From the NCBI GenBank assembly GCA_024679065.1, contig JAGIQG010000004.1:50964001-51028000 (forward strand): a stretch of 64,000 bases of DNA. The letters are read 5' to 3'. Origin of the DNA: Sphyrna mokarran. Its lineage: Eukaryota. Below, one piece after another: positions 13,158 to 25,814 of the stretch. The first letter of the stretch is position 1; each line of letters opens with the position of its first letter. The translations under genes were made by a program, and so were the position numbers. A model generated the notes under the pieces. It was given only the letters and a program-made list of their open reading frames with translations, was not told where the DNA came from and ran no database searches.

Positions 13158-14580
13158 TGATCTTCTGTATTTACAGCAGCCATAGTCATTTTTCCTGAGA
13201 GGTATGATGTTATTAGTTATAACTGATATACAAATCAAAAGGGACAATGACACAGTTGGAGAAAAGTTATATTGAGCAAAATATGTAAGATGGAGGAGCA
13301 GGATTACACCAGCAAGACTGAGAAGCCTGCTTTGCCATTTAGTGCCATCATGGCTAATCTTAGGCTTCAAATCCACTTTCCTGCCTGCTGCCCTCAACCC
13401 TTCATTCCCTGAGAGCAATGGGAATGCCAGTGATGATCAGGGTAAGAATGATGAGAGAGGCCACAGATATCTCCATAGTGGAGGCAGGAGGGTGATAAAT
13501 TATTTTTCAATTATCCAGCCCAAATGGAGTCGGTTCGCAGCTCTGAGAGATCCACTTCATCAGAGTAATGGCAGAAACCACCCCCAGAGAGAGTGGAGAG
13601 ATCTGAAGAAAAACTGGCCAATGGAGCTGGAGAGTTCCACCCTAGTTTTCTGACACCCTACCAAACTCTCACATTATTCTGCCTGATGGGTGCAATCTTA
13701 CCAGTTGTTCATGCTGTGCTATCCTTCCAGCAAAGTCGGAGAATTTGGCAGCCAGTCAAGTCTCTGCAGCAGGATGGGAAAATCCCGCTGGTGTGAAATA
13801 GTCATAACGTGCCAGCTGAAGTCTCAGTATCTCCCCTGTCAATCCCCATGCCAAATAGTAAGTGCACCACAACCTCCAGGCAATGACCTTGTTCAAGAAA
13901 AGCGAATCGAACCATCTACTCTTGACATTAAGTGTCATTGCATCACCATCAGTATCATGGGGGTTACCATTAACATAAACTGAACTGAACCAACCATATA
14001 AATACTGTGGCTGTAAGAGCAGGTCAGAGACTGCGAATCCTATGGAGAGTAACTCATCTCCTGACTCCACAAAGTCTGTCCATCATCTACGCGGCACAAA
14101 TCAGGAGTGATGGAATACTCTCCAGTTGCCTAAATGAATACAACTTCAATAACACTCTAGAAGCTTGACACCATCCAGGATGAAGCAGTCCGAGAGTTTG
14201 GCAGGGTGTCAGTTCTGGTGAGAAAACTAGGGTGGAACTCTCCAGTTCTACTGGCCGGTTTGTGGAGATATCTGTGGCCTCTCTCATTATTCTCACCCTG
14301 ATCATCACCGGCATTCTCATTGCTCTCAGGGAATAAAGAGTTGGTGGCAGCAGGCAGGAAAGTGGATTTGAAGCCTAAGATTAGCCATGTTGGCACTAAA
14401 TGGCAAAGCAGGCTTCTCAGTCTTGCTGGTGTAATCCTGCTCCTCTATCTTACGTACTTTGCTTAATATAACTTTTCTTCAACTGTGTCATTGTCCCTTT
14501 TGATTTGTATATCAGTTATAGCTAACAACATAAGACACCTCAGGAAAAATGGCTATGGCTGTTGTAAATACAGAAAATCA
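13158..14580. repeat. Local inverted duplication (13158-13670 vs 14192-14580)
   Basis: Long reverse-complement match, also visible as near-identical peptides in ORFs 13342+ and 14157- (WLILGFKSTFLPAA..FPESN.NA.DDQG.N.ERGHRYLH). Confidence 0.92.
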
Positions 14581-14981
14581 TCCAGCACTTCATGCATTCA
14601 TTCCCTCCGCCAAAGACTCATAGTAGCAGCCGTTTGTACCATTTACAATATGTACTGCAGCAACTCATTCAGGCCTCCTTAGCCGCTACCAAACCCATGA
14701 CGACTGTCATCTAGAAGAACAAGAGCAACAAGCATATGATCTCAAGTTCTCCTTCAAGCAACTCACCATCTTGACATGGAACCACAGTCCTGCTCCTTCA
14801 CTGTTGCTGCTTCAAAATCTTAGAACCCCCTTTTTAATCACACTGTGAGGGTACCTACACCAGACTAACTGCAGCGATTCAAGAAGGCAGCTCACTACCA
14901 CCTTCTGAAGGACAATTAGGGATGGACAATAAATTCCTATCTAGCCAACAACATCCACATCCTATGAACAAATAATAAAAA
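13842..14981 (+). mobile_element. L2/Crack-group LINE 3' fragment, interrupted at 14192-14580
   Basis: Decayed RT C-terminal coding sequence (IYAAQIRS..EYS; KLDTIQDEAVR // IHSLRQRLIVAAVCTIYNMYC) ending in caattagggatggacaataaa and an A-rich tail. Confidence 0.75.
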
Positions 14982-15212
14982 TCTTGCATGTTTCAATAAG
15001 ATCTTCAGAGAATATCGCTTCAATTTACATAGCCTCTCACGATAGGACAATCCTGTCACCCTTAGGATCAAGGATCACTTCAAGTACATCCTTCCTTAAT
15101 ATGAAATCAGAATTGTGCATAATATTCCAGGTTTGATTTTCCCGAAGTCCTGTATAACTGTAGCATCCTTCTTCTTGCACTTGAATCCCCTTGCAATAAA
15201 GGCCAACATACC

Positions 15213-15667
15213 AAAGAACAAAGAACAAAAGAGTACGGGAAACAGGCCCTTTGGCCCAACGAGCCCGCGCCGCCACCCTGATGTTCCTACCTCTACCTGT
15301 GATCCCTGTCTATGTTTATAGTTTTATGGATTAAAAACCAAATTTGAGACAATTTAGGGAGAACTTGTTTTGCCAATTAGCCTAAGAGCACATCTTTGGG
15401 ATGTGGGAGGAAACCGGAGCACCTGGAGAAAACCCACACAAGCACGGGGAGAATGCGCAAAGTCCCACAGACACAGGCCCAAATCCATGTATCCGCACAG
15501 CACAGCGATAGTCACTGAGCTATCATGTTGCCCATCAAATGGTCCAGGTCAAGCATACATCAACGACATGAAGCACTAGGATACTGTCAAAAAAATCCAA
15601 GAGCAGCCCTCTCATGACCCATCGTGTGTATGGCCCTTGTTAGACAACAAGGTGGACCAAAGTACCT
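15213..15667 (-). mobile_element. V-SINE/HE1-related composite SINE with 5' extension (copy A)
   Basis: CR1-like tail (aaagaacaaagaac..aacaggccctttggcccaac), V-domain-like core (tgggatgtgggaggaaaccggagcacctggagaaaacccac) and a tRNA-like head. Colinear with 40873-41310. Confidence 0.8.
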
Positions 15668-15744
15668 GTAGGATAAAAACAAGTACATCAATATCATCAT
15701 CTATTTACACACTTCCCTGGAGCTCCCAAGGCTCATGATCCCTA

Positions 15745-15880
15745 TTTTAAATCAGTTTTCTAAATCCCTCCATTCCCATTCTGTTCATGTGCCCATCTAA
15801 GTATTTCTTAAATAACTCCAGAGTGCCTGCCTCCACCACTTTACTTGGCAGCGCATTCCATACCCCCACCACCCCTTCAA
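15745..15880 (-). mobile_element. CR1-type LINE 3' end fragment
   Basis: VVGVWNALPSKVVEAGTLELFKKYLDGHM in ORF 15747-16022. Confidence 0.75.
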
Positions 15881-16079
15881 TTTTTACATTTTTGCACAGG
15901 TACATCAAGGGCTGAATTTTCCTGAATGGGAAATGTAGCAGGCAGGGGCTGATCACGCAAAGTCTTTTCACCTCAGGCAGGAATTTCTGGCTTTGGGGGC
16001 GAGCATATCTGGAAAATCCCATCCCAAGCCTTTCTGAACATCAACATTTACAAGTTTCACTCCTTTAAAAAAGAATTTT

Positions 16080-16410
16080 GCTTTTCTGTTCTTTATAACC
16101 AAAATGAATAAACTCATACTTCCTCATATTCCCTCTGCCACCTGGTTGCTCTCTGTCTAACCTGTCTAAAACTTTTGGCAACCTCTCTATCCTCTTATAG
16201 TTTGCATTCATTCCCACCAAGCCTTGATTCATCAACAAACATAGCTATGTTTCTCTTTATCTCTTCGCTATTTCAAGTCTGCTGTCTATACCAGAGGCCC
16301 CAGAAATGATCCTTGCAGCACTCAATAGTCATAACCTGCCAATCTGAGAATGGCCCATTTATCTCAACTCTCTGCTTCCTGTCTGTTAACCAATCTCTCC
16401 ATGCTACCAC
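16080..16410 (-). mobile_element. Degenerate CR1 RT fragment
   Basis: DWLTDRKQRVEINGPFSDWQV in ORF 16273-16467. Confidence 0.7.
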
Positions 16411-16522
16411 AGATCGAATATCTTCTATCAGTACATTTGAGAACTGAAAGCATCCAAAACTGAACATTTTTCTGATGGTTGTGCTGTTAAATTTAATGTT
16501 AATAAAGCAATATGATATATAT

Positions 16523-17062
16523 TACAGGTGTGGGAGGAATGATGACTGAAGTCTACAGGTTGATTGGTGTGGGAAGGATGATGACTGTAGTCTACAGGGT
16601 GACTGGTATGGGAGGATAGTGACTGTAGTCTACGGGATGATTGGTATGGAGAGGATGATGACTGTAGTCTACAAGGTAATTGGTGTGGGGAGGATGATGA
16701 CTGTAGTCTATGGGACGATTGGTATGGAGAGGATGATGACTGTAGTCTACAAGGTAATTGGTGTGGGGAGAATGATGACTGTAGTCTACGGGATGATTGG
16801 TGTGGGGAGGATGATGACTGTAGTCTGTAGGTTGTTTGATGTGGGGAGGATGATGACTGTAGTCTGCAGGTTGTTTGATGTGGGGAGGATGATGATTATG
16901 GTCTGCAGGTTCATTGGTATGTGAAGGATGATGACTCGACTGCAGACTGTTTGGTGTGGTGAGGATGATGACTGCAAACTGCAGGTTGATTAGAGTGGGG
17001 ATGATGATGACTAGGCCGGTGCGGGATTTAGTTGGTATGGAGAAGATGATGGTTATGGTTTT
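16523..17062. repeat. 39-bp minisatellite, ~13-14 copies
   Basis: Unit approximately ggtgtggggaggatgatgactgtagtctacagggtgatt in tandem, decaying at both ends. Confidence 0.93.
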
Positions 17063-17177
17063 GAGACAGTTTATGGAATGAAAAAGTTCTAATTTGAAAC
17101 ATTTTAAGCGTTGGAAGTTGCTGAAAGGAACCGTTGTTAGAAATTGAGATATAAGATGATATACAGTGGAATGATAT

Positions 17178-19685
17178 CATAGGAACATAAGAACATAAGA
17201 AATGGGAGCAGAAGTTGGTCATCCAGCCCCTCGAGTCTGCCCGCCATACAATAAGATCATGGCTGATCTGCAGTGGTTCAGTACCACTTTCCTGCTTTCT
17301 CCCCGCAACCCTTAATTCTGTTGTCAATCAAAAACCTATCCACTCTTGACTTGAACATATTCAGTGAGGAAGCCTCCACCAGCTCATCAGGCAGAGAATT
17401 CCAAAGATTCACCACCCTTTGCATGAAGAAACTCCTCCGCAATTCCAGTCTGAACCACCCGCCCCCTAATCTTGAAGCTGTGCCCACTAGTCCTGCTATC
17501 TTTGCTAAGCGGGAAGAGTCTCTCAACCTCTACCCTATCCATCCCCTTCATTAACTTATACGTCTCTATAAGATCCCCTCTCAGCTTCTAAACTCCAAAG
17601 AGTACAAACCTAGCCTATTCAGTCTCTCCTCATAAACCAACGCCCTCATCTCCGGTATCAGCCCAATAAACCTTCTATGCACTCCCTCCAAGGCCAATAT
17701 ATCCTTCCTCGAATGCGGCGATCAAAACTGCACACAATACTTCAGCTGTGGCCTCACTAGCACCCTATACAGCTGCAACAGTACCTCCCTATCTCCCTAG
17801 CTATAAAGGCCAACAATGCATTCGCCTTCTTAATCACCTGCTGCATCTGCATAGTGTGTTTTTGCGATTCGTGCACAATGACTCTTAGGTCCCTCTGCAC
17901 CGTTGCATGCTGCAGCTTTTCGCCATTGAAATTGTAATCCTTCCTACCAAAGTGGACAACCTCACACTTGCTAACATTATACTCCATCTGCCAGGTCCTT
18001 GCCCACTCACTCAACCTGTCCAGATCCCTCTGCAGGCTTTCCATACCCTCCATGCAATTTGCTTTTCCACTCATCACTGTGTCATCAGCAAATTTCGTCA
18101 ACCTGCACTCAGCCCCTTCCTCCAGATCATCTATGTAAATGGTAAATAGTTGAGGCCACAGCACCGAACCCTGGGGCACTCCACTAGTCACCAGCTGCCA
18201 ATCAGAATAGCACCCATTAATACCTACCCTCTGCTTCCTATTAGACAACCAATCCTCTATCCATTCTAACACCCTACCCCCGATTCCCTGCACCCTAACC
18301 TTCTGCAGCAATCTTTCTTGAGGCACCTTATCAAACGCGTTTTGAAAATCCAAAAACATCACATCCACCGGTTCCCCTCTATCTACCGCACTAGTCACTT
18401 TCTCATAGAACTCCAATAAATTCGTCAAGCACGACTTCCCCTTAACGAATCTGTGCTGCGTCTGTTGATCAAATAGTTCGTATCCAGGTGCCTCGTTATT
18501 TCTGCTCTGACGACCGATTCAAGCATTTTTCCGACTACAGATGTTAAACTAACCGGTCTATAATTCTCTGCTTTCTGTCTGCTACCTTTTTTAAACAGTG
18601 GCGTAACATTAGCCGTTTTCCAATCTTCCGGCACTTTGCCGGAGTCCAGCAAATTTTGAAAGATAATTACCAGGGCATCTGCTATCACCTCTACCATTTC
18701 CTTGAGGACCCTGGGATGCATTCCATCTGGTCCTGGGGACTTATCTACCCTCAGGCCCGTTAGCCTATCAAGCATCACCTCTCTAGTGACTGTAATCTCA
18801 TCAAAGACCTCATCTCCTACCACCCTTCTATCCTTAATTTTGGGCAAGCTATTTCAGTCCTCCTCCGTAAAGACTGACACAAAAAACTTATTCAAGGTCT
18901 CCGCCATATCCCTATCATCCACCATTAAACCACCCCTCTCATCCTCCAAGGGTGCTCCATTAACTCTGGCCATCCTCCTATTCTTTATATATTTATAAAA
19001 ACTCTTACTATCCTTTTTGATATTTCGAGCTAGTTTAGCCTCATATTCCATCTTTCCTTTTTTAATCACCTTTTTAGTCACTCTTTGCTGTTGTTTGAAA
19101 CTCTCCCAATCTTCTGATTGCCCATTATTTTTAGCCGCTCTGAATGCCTCAGCTTTTGATTTAATACTCTCCTTAATTTCCTTGGAGAACCATGGCTGAT
19201 TTTCCCTTCTCCTACAGTCCTTCTTCACCATGGAAATATATTTTTGCTGAGTACCGAAAAAGATCTCTTTAAAAATCCCTCAATGTTCCTCAGCCGTCCT
19301 AGCAACCAACGCACTCCTCCAATCCACAGTCGCCAATTCCTCTCTCATCCTATTATAGTCCCCTCTGTTCAAACGTAGTACACAGGTCCGGGATGCTACT
19401 ACCTCATCCTCCATCTGCATCATAAATTCTACCATACTATGATCATTCATCCCTAGAGGATCTCTCACATGAATATCCCTAATTCTACCTGCCTCATTAC
19501 ATAGTACCAATCCAAGATAGCACACTCTCTCGTCGATTCCGTAACATACTGTTCAAGGAACCCATCCCTACAGCATTCCAAAAACTCTTCCTCCAGCCCG
19601 CCGTGTCCGACTTACGTCGCCCAGTCAATATGCAGATTGAAATCACCCATTACTAATACCATTCCATTTCTGCACACATCTCTTA
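17178..19685 (-). mobile_element. CR1-type LINE, ~2.5 kb, 5'-truncated, frameshifted ORF2 (end of endonuclease, RT and 3' tail)
   Basis: Successive minus-strand ORFs: PLGMNDHSMVEF; PWFSKEIK..KSFYKYIK..AETLNKFFVSVFT; KSPGPDGMHPRVLKE..NYRPVSLTSVVGK; SGVPQGSVL..KFADDT; FFMQRVVNLWNSLP. Tandem tail cataagaacataagaa. Confidence 0.95.
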
Positions 19686-20394
19686 TCAGTAATATGCTGA
19701 GTGCAGGTGGTGCAAGCAGCCTTCCTCTGAGGTAAATACATGTGTTTTTTTTTGTATGATGACCCTGTTGCTCTGAGTGAGATTCCAGATAAGATACTTT
19801 GAAGAGAATTTGAAAAATCTATAGGACAGTTGTTAGGGTAAATTATAAACAGCACAAGTATTCTGAAGCCCTTGCTGAAGCCAATGTAATGTAGCTGGGG
19901 CTACTTTTAATGTTGATAGGTTTGCGGTTCCGTTGGATACTTGGACTGGAATTTTACCAACATGCACACTGAGGCTCATAACATCATGCCTGAAGCCAAT
20001 GAAGAATGCCATATGTGAGCCTTGTCTACCCTGATTTCAGGGCAGACATGCCTGTAAAATCAGGCCCTTGGCCTTGGCTTTGGTTTGTGTAAAGAAAAAC
20101 TAATTTGAACTGGAATGAATTTTGGAGAAAGCATAACTGTTTAGCAAAGCAAGGTGATATCGAAATAAAGAGAGAGAAATTAGGACAGAATTTGTACAAG
20201 ATCAGTATTGAGAAATATTTAATTAGAAACAGAAAAGAAAATAGGAGAATTTATGTTTGTCTTAGAATGTTTCTGAAGCATCCAATTTAAATTGTTTTAG
20301 TTCAGGGGGTGGATACGCTGACCATTTTGAAGAAGACAACAATGTGAATTAGCAGATTCTGTTTTTGGCATATAGACTAAGGGAAAAATTTGGC

Positions 20395-20646
20395 AAAGGG
20401 ACCAAGATAGACACTCTCTGCTCCATTTGAATTATAGCCATCGAGATTTGAATATCCATCATTCAAACCAGCAGATTGAGTTCTGGTTAAACATTTCATT
20501 TGAAAGGCAGTACTTTCAACACTGTTGCAGTGCCTCGCTGCTGCACTGAAGTCCAGCCTAGATCAGGTGCTCAAGTCTCTGGATTAGGATTTGAACTCAC
20601 AACTCTCTGGTTCCAAAGGTGAGAGTGCTACCGTTGAGCTGAGCCA
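20395..20646 (-). mobile_element. SacSINE1/DeuSINE-type tRNA-derived SINE (5' part)
   Basis: Reverse complement resembles 36583-36800 (ctcaagtctctggattaggatttgaactcacaactctctgg..gagagtgctaccgttgagctgagcca). Confidence 0.7.
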
Positions 20647-22002
20647 ATAGATAGAATTGAGGGTGGCATATTCATGATAACAGAGCTGAAATATTAAGAA
20701 AACAGCAAGTGAAAATCAATAAATGAGTACTTGCAGCATTCATTGTGATGTTGACAGAATAAAATATTTTTGCACTACTATAAAGAGTACTGCAGCTTCA
20801 GGGTTATTGGGAGAGAGAAAAGATGGATAATCTGCAGCTCATAAAGACCAAGTTAAAATCAGGGTACCAAGGAATTCATTGCAGTAACACACTCCCTTGT
20901 GGATAATGTGTAACTACTCCACAAATGTTTATGAACGGGAAAAAGTTTTAAATATTCAGGATGGACAAAAAACAGTCTACAGGTTTCAAAAAAAATGTGT
21001 ATGGATGAGGAAGGATCTAACATTTACTTGAAGACTGGATCATCTTTGCTCAAGAGGAGTGTTGAATTAATTTGAATGGAAATCCTTGATGTTCAGAACA
21101 GCAATATGGGAGTTCCTATTGTAGATCAGAGCAGTAAGGGAATGGATTTGAAATTATTTGAACCTACATGGAGAAACAACAGCATGGATTAATAAAGGAT
21201 TTTAATGGCACTGAATCCAGTGGCAATCTTTCAAAAAGAATGGACAAATCTGTGCCGCTTGTAGAATTGTTACTGGATGTATAACATTAGTAGAAGATCA
21301 AGGAGAAAACATCTTCCAATCATCTAGTCTGAGGTGATGGAAAATTTTGAATGTTAGCAACACTTGAGCAGCAGTGGAGGGCAGGACCAAGGAATAAAAC
21401 AGAAGACTAATATTTACTATCTAGTGCTGTACTACCTAATACGGGTTGTAGATGTGAACAGTGTGATGCTTTTAGACACACTAATTTTAGTAGAAACCTT
21501 TTACATAGACACAATACAAGTAAATATACTTCTTGAGTATGTATATTTACTCAACAAACATCTAACTCCAGTCAGTAACTAAGGAAGTCAAGCACTCACA
21601 AGGACGAAAAAGCACTCACATTTTTTCTTGTCATTTCATCACTAAATGCCCACAAAGGTTAAAGTCCAAATGCACACCTTGTGTGAAAATGAACATTTGG
21701 ATTACATCCCTATAATTTAGTAATCAATTACAATTTGCCACATCTGGATTCCCAATTAGACACGTGGTTAGAAGAAGGTTAATGTTGGAGACCTGGAACA
21801 AGGTTGCTAAATAATGAGATTAATAATCAATAAAATATAGAAAAAACACAAGATGCTTTAAAAAGGGTTTCAAAGCTTATAAAAGGTGACCAGGAATCTA
21901 AAGGATAAATTCTAAAAATGAAATATAATGAGATATTCAGAGAATAAAAAGAGATTAGTCATTATTGGAATTGTGATAATTTTTTGTTGGCAGCATTGTT
22001 AG

Positions 22003-22287
<285 letters not shown>

Positions 22288-22811
22288 TAATCGAACCAGG
22301 CAACATCAGCATGAGGCATGCATGTGCGATAAATGTTGGCTTTGTTTGAACAAGTGGTCAACACTGGATTTTACATAGTTCTTTTTCAAATCAGAAGTTG
22401 GATATTGGAATTTGCTTGTCAAACAAACAACAAAAGATTCTTGTGGCATTAGTGAAATCTCAAGTATAAAATACATTTTGGGTGTGGATTGATCCTTTTC
22501 ATCCATGTTCAGTTGGCTGTGCTCAACTGTCCCAACGTGGCTACTTTAAGTTTAGAATTTAAATGGAATACATGATGTAACTCTGTATATGTCATATTTG
22601 ACTCCTTGACTGATAGTCATCAATGATGCTAATTAGCAAGTCCAGCACAAATCAACTTGAGGTGCTTACAGTGGCCTCCATGTATTATATTGAAACAAAC
22701 TTGTGTTTTGTTTCCTGGAGAGCAAAGGCATTGATGATTTGTTCACATTAAAAATGCTGAGTTTGCCAATTCAGTTGTGCCCAGTGCTTATAATGCCCAG
22801 AGTCAGTATAT

Positions 22812-23616
22812 GGGTGGAATTCTCCCATTCTGAGACTAAGTGCCATGGCGAGGGTTTTGGGAACATGGAGTGTTTTCCGCTCTGGAGGCTGGCAGGAAAT
22901 GATGCCAAAACCTTTGGACCTGATCTTATTATTTATGCATGTGAGTTTTTCACATCATATATAGTGGTGGGTCAAGCCTAGAAGGCATGTAGTTCATCGT
23001 CATGTCCAGGTATCATATTGAAAAGACACCAACATCGTTGTCCCACTGTTGAAGAAAGAAGGTGGACCTCCTGATAATGAAGATGGATCTCTGTGAGCAT
23101 TCCAAGACGGGAAGACAGACCTCCAGACAAAGCAGATGGACCTCCAAGAACATTTTTGAGGCTAGAAAGTGACTCCTCTCCAGGACATCAAATCTGGAAG
23201 ATTCCCCCTGAAGATGCTCTCCTTACTCACTGCTGTGGTGTTCAAGGTTGCCAGCAGCCTCTATCCTGAACTGTGGAGGCAGCCTCTTGCATTATTTAAA
23301 TGAATTCTGAGATCCACACAGAACCATAGAACATTGTTCCAAACATGTTTCATGCCAATGGGTTTTCTTGCCAGTATTGTGGAAACTATGGCAGGGGGAT
23401 GAGGGGAATTGGGGAGATGGACAACTTCATAGTTGTCCCATTAACAGGATACATATGAGGTTCACTTTGGCTTCTGACAAGTTTCCTGACCTGCCATGGC
23501 ACAACAGCTGTGGATCCCATCATAAATTCATATTGATGAAACCAATTTCATCCCGTCGTATTTTTCACCCACTCCTACCATCAAACTTGTCAGTGGGGGC
23601 TTGGGAGAATTCCACT
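22812..23616. mobile_element. Harbinger-like non-autonomous DNA transposon, ~800 bp
   Basis: Perfect 14-bp TIR gtggaattctccca (22814-22827) / tgggagaattccac (23602-23615). Confidence 0.7.
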
Positions 23617-25814
23617 TTGTCTCTGCCAGATTTGAACTTTATCCAGACTCCAATCCCAATCATATTATGAATTGGATCACACAGCTAACTCAGAACAAAA
23701 TGGACAACATGTGCTATCATTGCACTTGGAACATGTACATTACCTTTACGAAAAGCAGCTGATATTAATAGATTTTAAACAGAGCATTAGGCCCTCTGTC
23801 GCCTTCAGCTGTTTTGTCATGATCATGCATAAGTGCAATTGTATGTGTGCCGAGTATGGGTACTCCCTCCAGTGGTTTGGTGATTGCACCATTTCCTCAG
23901 TAATTTTTGGATTGATGTTTGTATGAAATTGCATCCTCAGACTTAATACGGAGTTCGTTTTGCGATTGGATTACAACTCTGGTATTATTGTTAAAGGCCT
24001 GAGCTGACTGAATTACAGACTTATAGACCTATCCTCAATGCATCCACATAACATAACCCTCAGGCATAATATCAACCAATCCTGATGGTAGAATGTGGTA
24101 ACCTTTCTACATCTAGCATCCATTCATTGTACCCATTAAATAAAAAACTGTAAAACTCATTTAGATGCAATGGATTAATACCCAGTTTGTGGACTCCTTT
24201 ACTTACTTCATAGAGATATAAATTTATAATTGCTGTGGTAACATTTTTGAGATGTTAGTAGAAAGCTGACCAAAATAGGAAGCTGCATGATCTTTCCTTA
24301 TGTTGTGTAATGTATTATTGAAAAGAATTGTGATGGAAGAACCCAAAATCTGAAATATAAAAAGATGACCATCTTCTCTGAAGATACAGACCATGCCATA
24401 TTTAGTTCTGCCATCTGATCAGCATCTTGTGTTTACTTCTGAGAAATTCCTCATAGTTATTTGGTTACTTTTTTATTACAATCTCCTGGTGTAGGGTCAT
24501 CTCCAGAAGCTAAGTAAGTATTAAGAGTTTCAAAGCTAACATTGAGATATTGACAGTTGTTAAGTTAGAATCCTAATGGGAGAGGTGCATTCGATCTCCA
24601 TGTAGGAACGATGAAGAGATATGGACTGGAATTTTATTGCCTAATTTTGGGGCGGGCAAGGCTCACAGAACGGAATTCTCCCTTGGCCTCAGAACGGATT
24701 TTATGAGTCTTGCCTGAACAAAGTCGTAAAATCCCGGTGATGGTTTGAATTCCTTTTTTGGTCGTGAGCTATTCTTGGGAACATTTCAGATGTTACATCC
24801 GGCATAAATGACAGAGAAAAACTCCATTTGCTTAGAAATGGTGGGTTAAAATAGCATAGTGAACTGTTAAAGTTGCATAGTCACTGTTCAAAGCATCATG
24901 TGAACCTCTTTCTTCAAGCAAGTAGATTGTAGCATGCTTGCAGTCATCTAGTTTGTTATAGAAGCCTTGGCTTTTAATGTTACAGAGTGCAGTTCTTGTC
25001 CAATGCAATTAGACTTTAATGTATTTTGCTAAAAGCTTGCTGGACTATTCTGTTGCAAGACTGTCTAACTTAGAGCATTTGTAGAATATGATAACTTTAC
25101 TTGTAGCACAATGGATACTTCTCTGCTTTTCTCTCTGCACCCTCCTCTTCTTACCCACAATGGTTTTGATTCTGTAATGGAGTATGAATCTAGGACCAGG
25201 CTTCCTTTGCTAGCACACCAGTGGCCATGTGTAGATTTTCACAGACAAGAGTTACCAGCCTGATTCATGAAGAGTAACTCCCAGCTAAGCACAGTGCCAT
25301 GATACCTGATCACACATTCGCAGTTTCAGCAGGAATTATTGGTTAGTGATAAGGAGCAGGCATACTGGCCAATCTTTTTCTCCCTAACCCACAGTAGCTG
25401 AGGCAGAGTTGCAGCTTTGCCTGAGATTCATCACCTTGGACTAGATATTAAATGTATGGCTGTTTAGTTTGTACAGTTTCTGTTTCAAATGATCTTAACT
25501 CAATTGTAACAGATAGCCCACTGTGAAAGTTAAAGAACACGGCATTTGCAGTATGAAATACCTTATGGCACTGGGCATGGAAAGAGTAAATAAACTAAGG
25601 GTTAATATTAGAAAGTGCTCATCCAGGCCTGATGGGTCACAAGTGTGTGTATTCTATAGCTGGTAACTCCCTTGAGTCCAGTGTGATATGATTATAGTTG
25701 TTATGTAGAGGATATTCCCTTAAGACTGTGTAATGTGATTAGAGGTGTTTTTGTAGAAGATATTTCTGTGGGTATAATTAGAAGTGCTATACAGAGGATA
25801 CTCTGTGGCCAAAT

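Noticed and set aside
13530-13563. Minus-strand ctgatgaagtgg..ctgcgaac hammerhead-like motif
   Set aside because: GAAC instead of GAAA, a weak stem II and no convincing stems I/III.
16619-16924. Repetitive 101-aa ORF (MMTVVY..)
   Set aside because: Artefact of a 39-bp (13-codon) minisatellite.
16523-17062. CRISPR-like array
   Set aside because: Contiguous tandem units without unique spacers, in vertebrate DNA with no cas genes.
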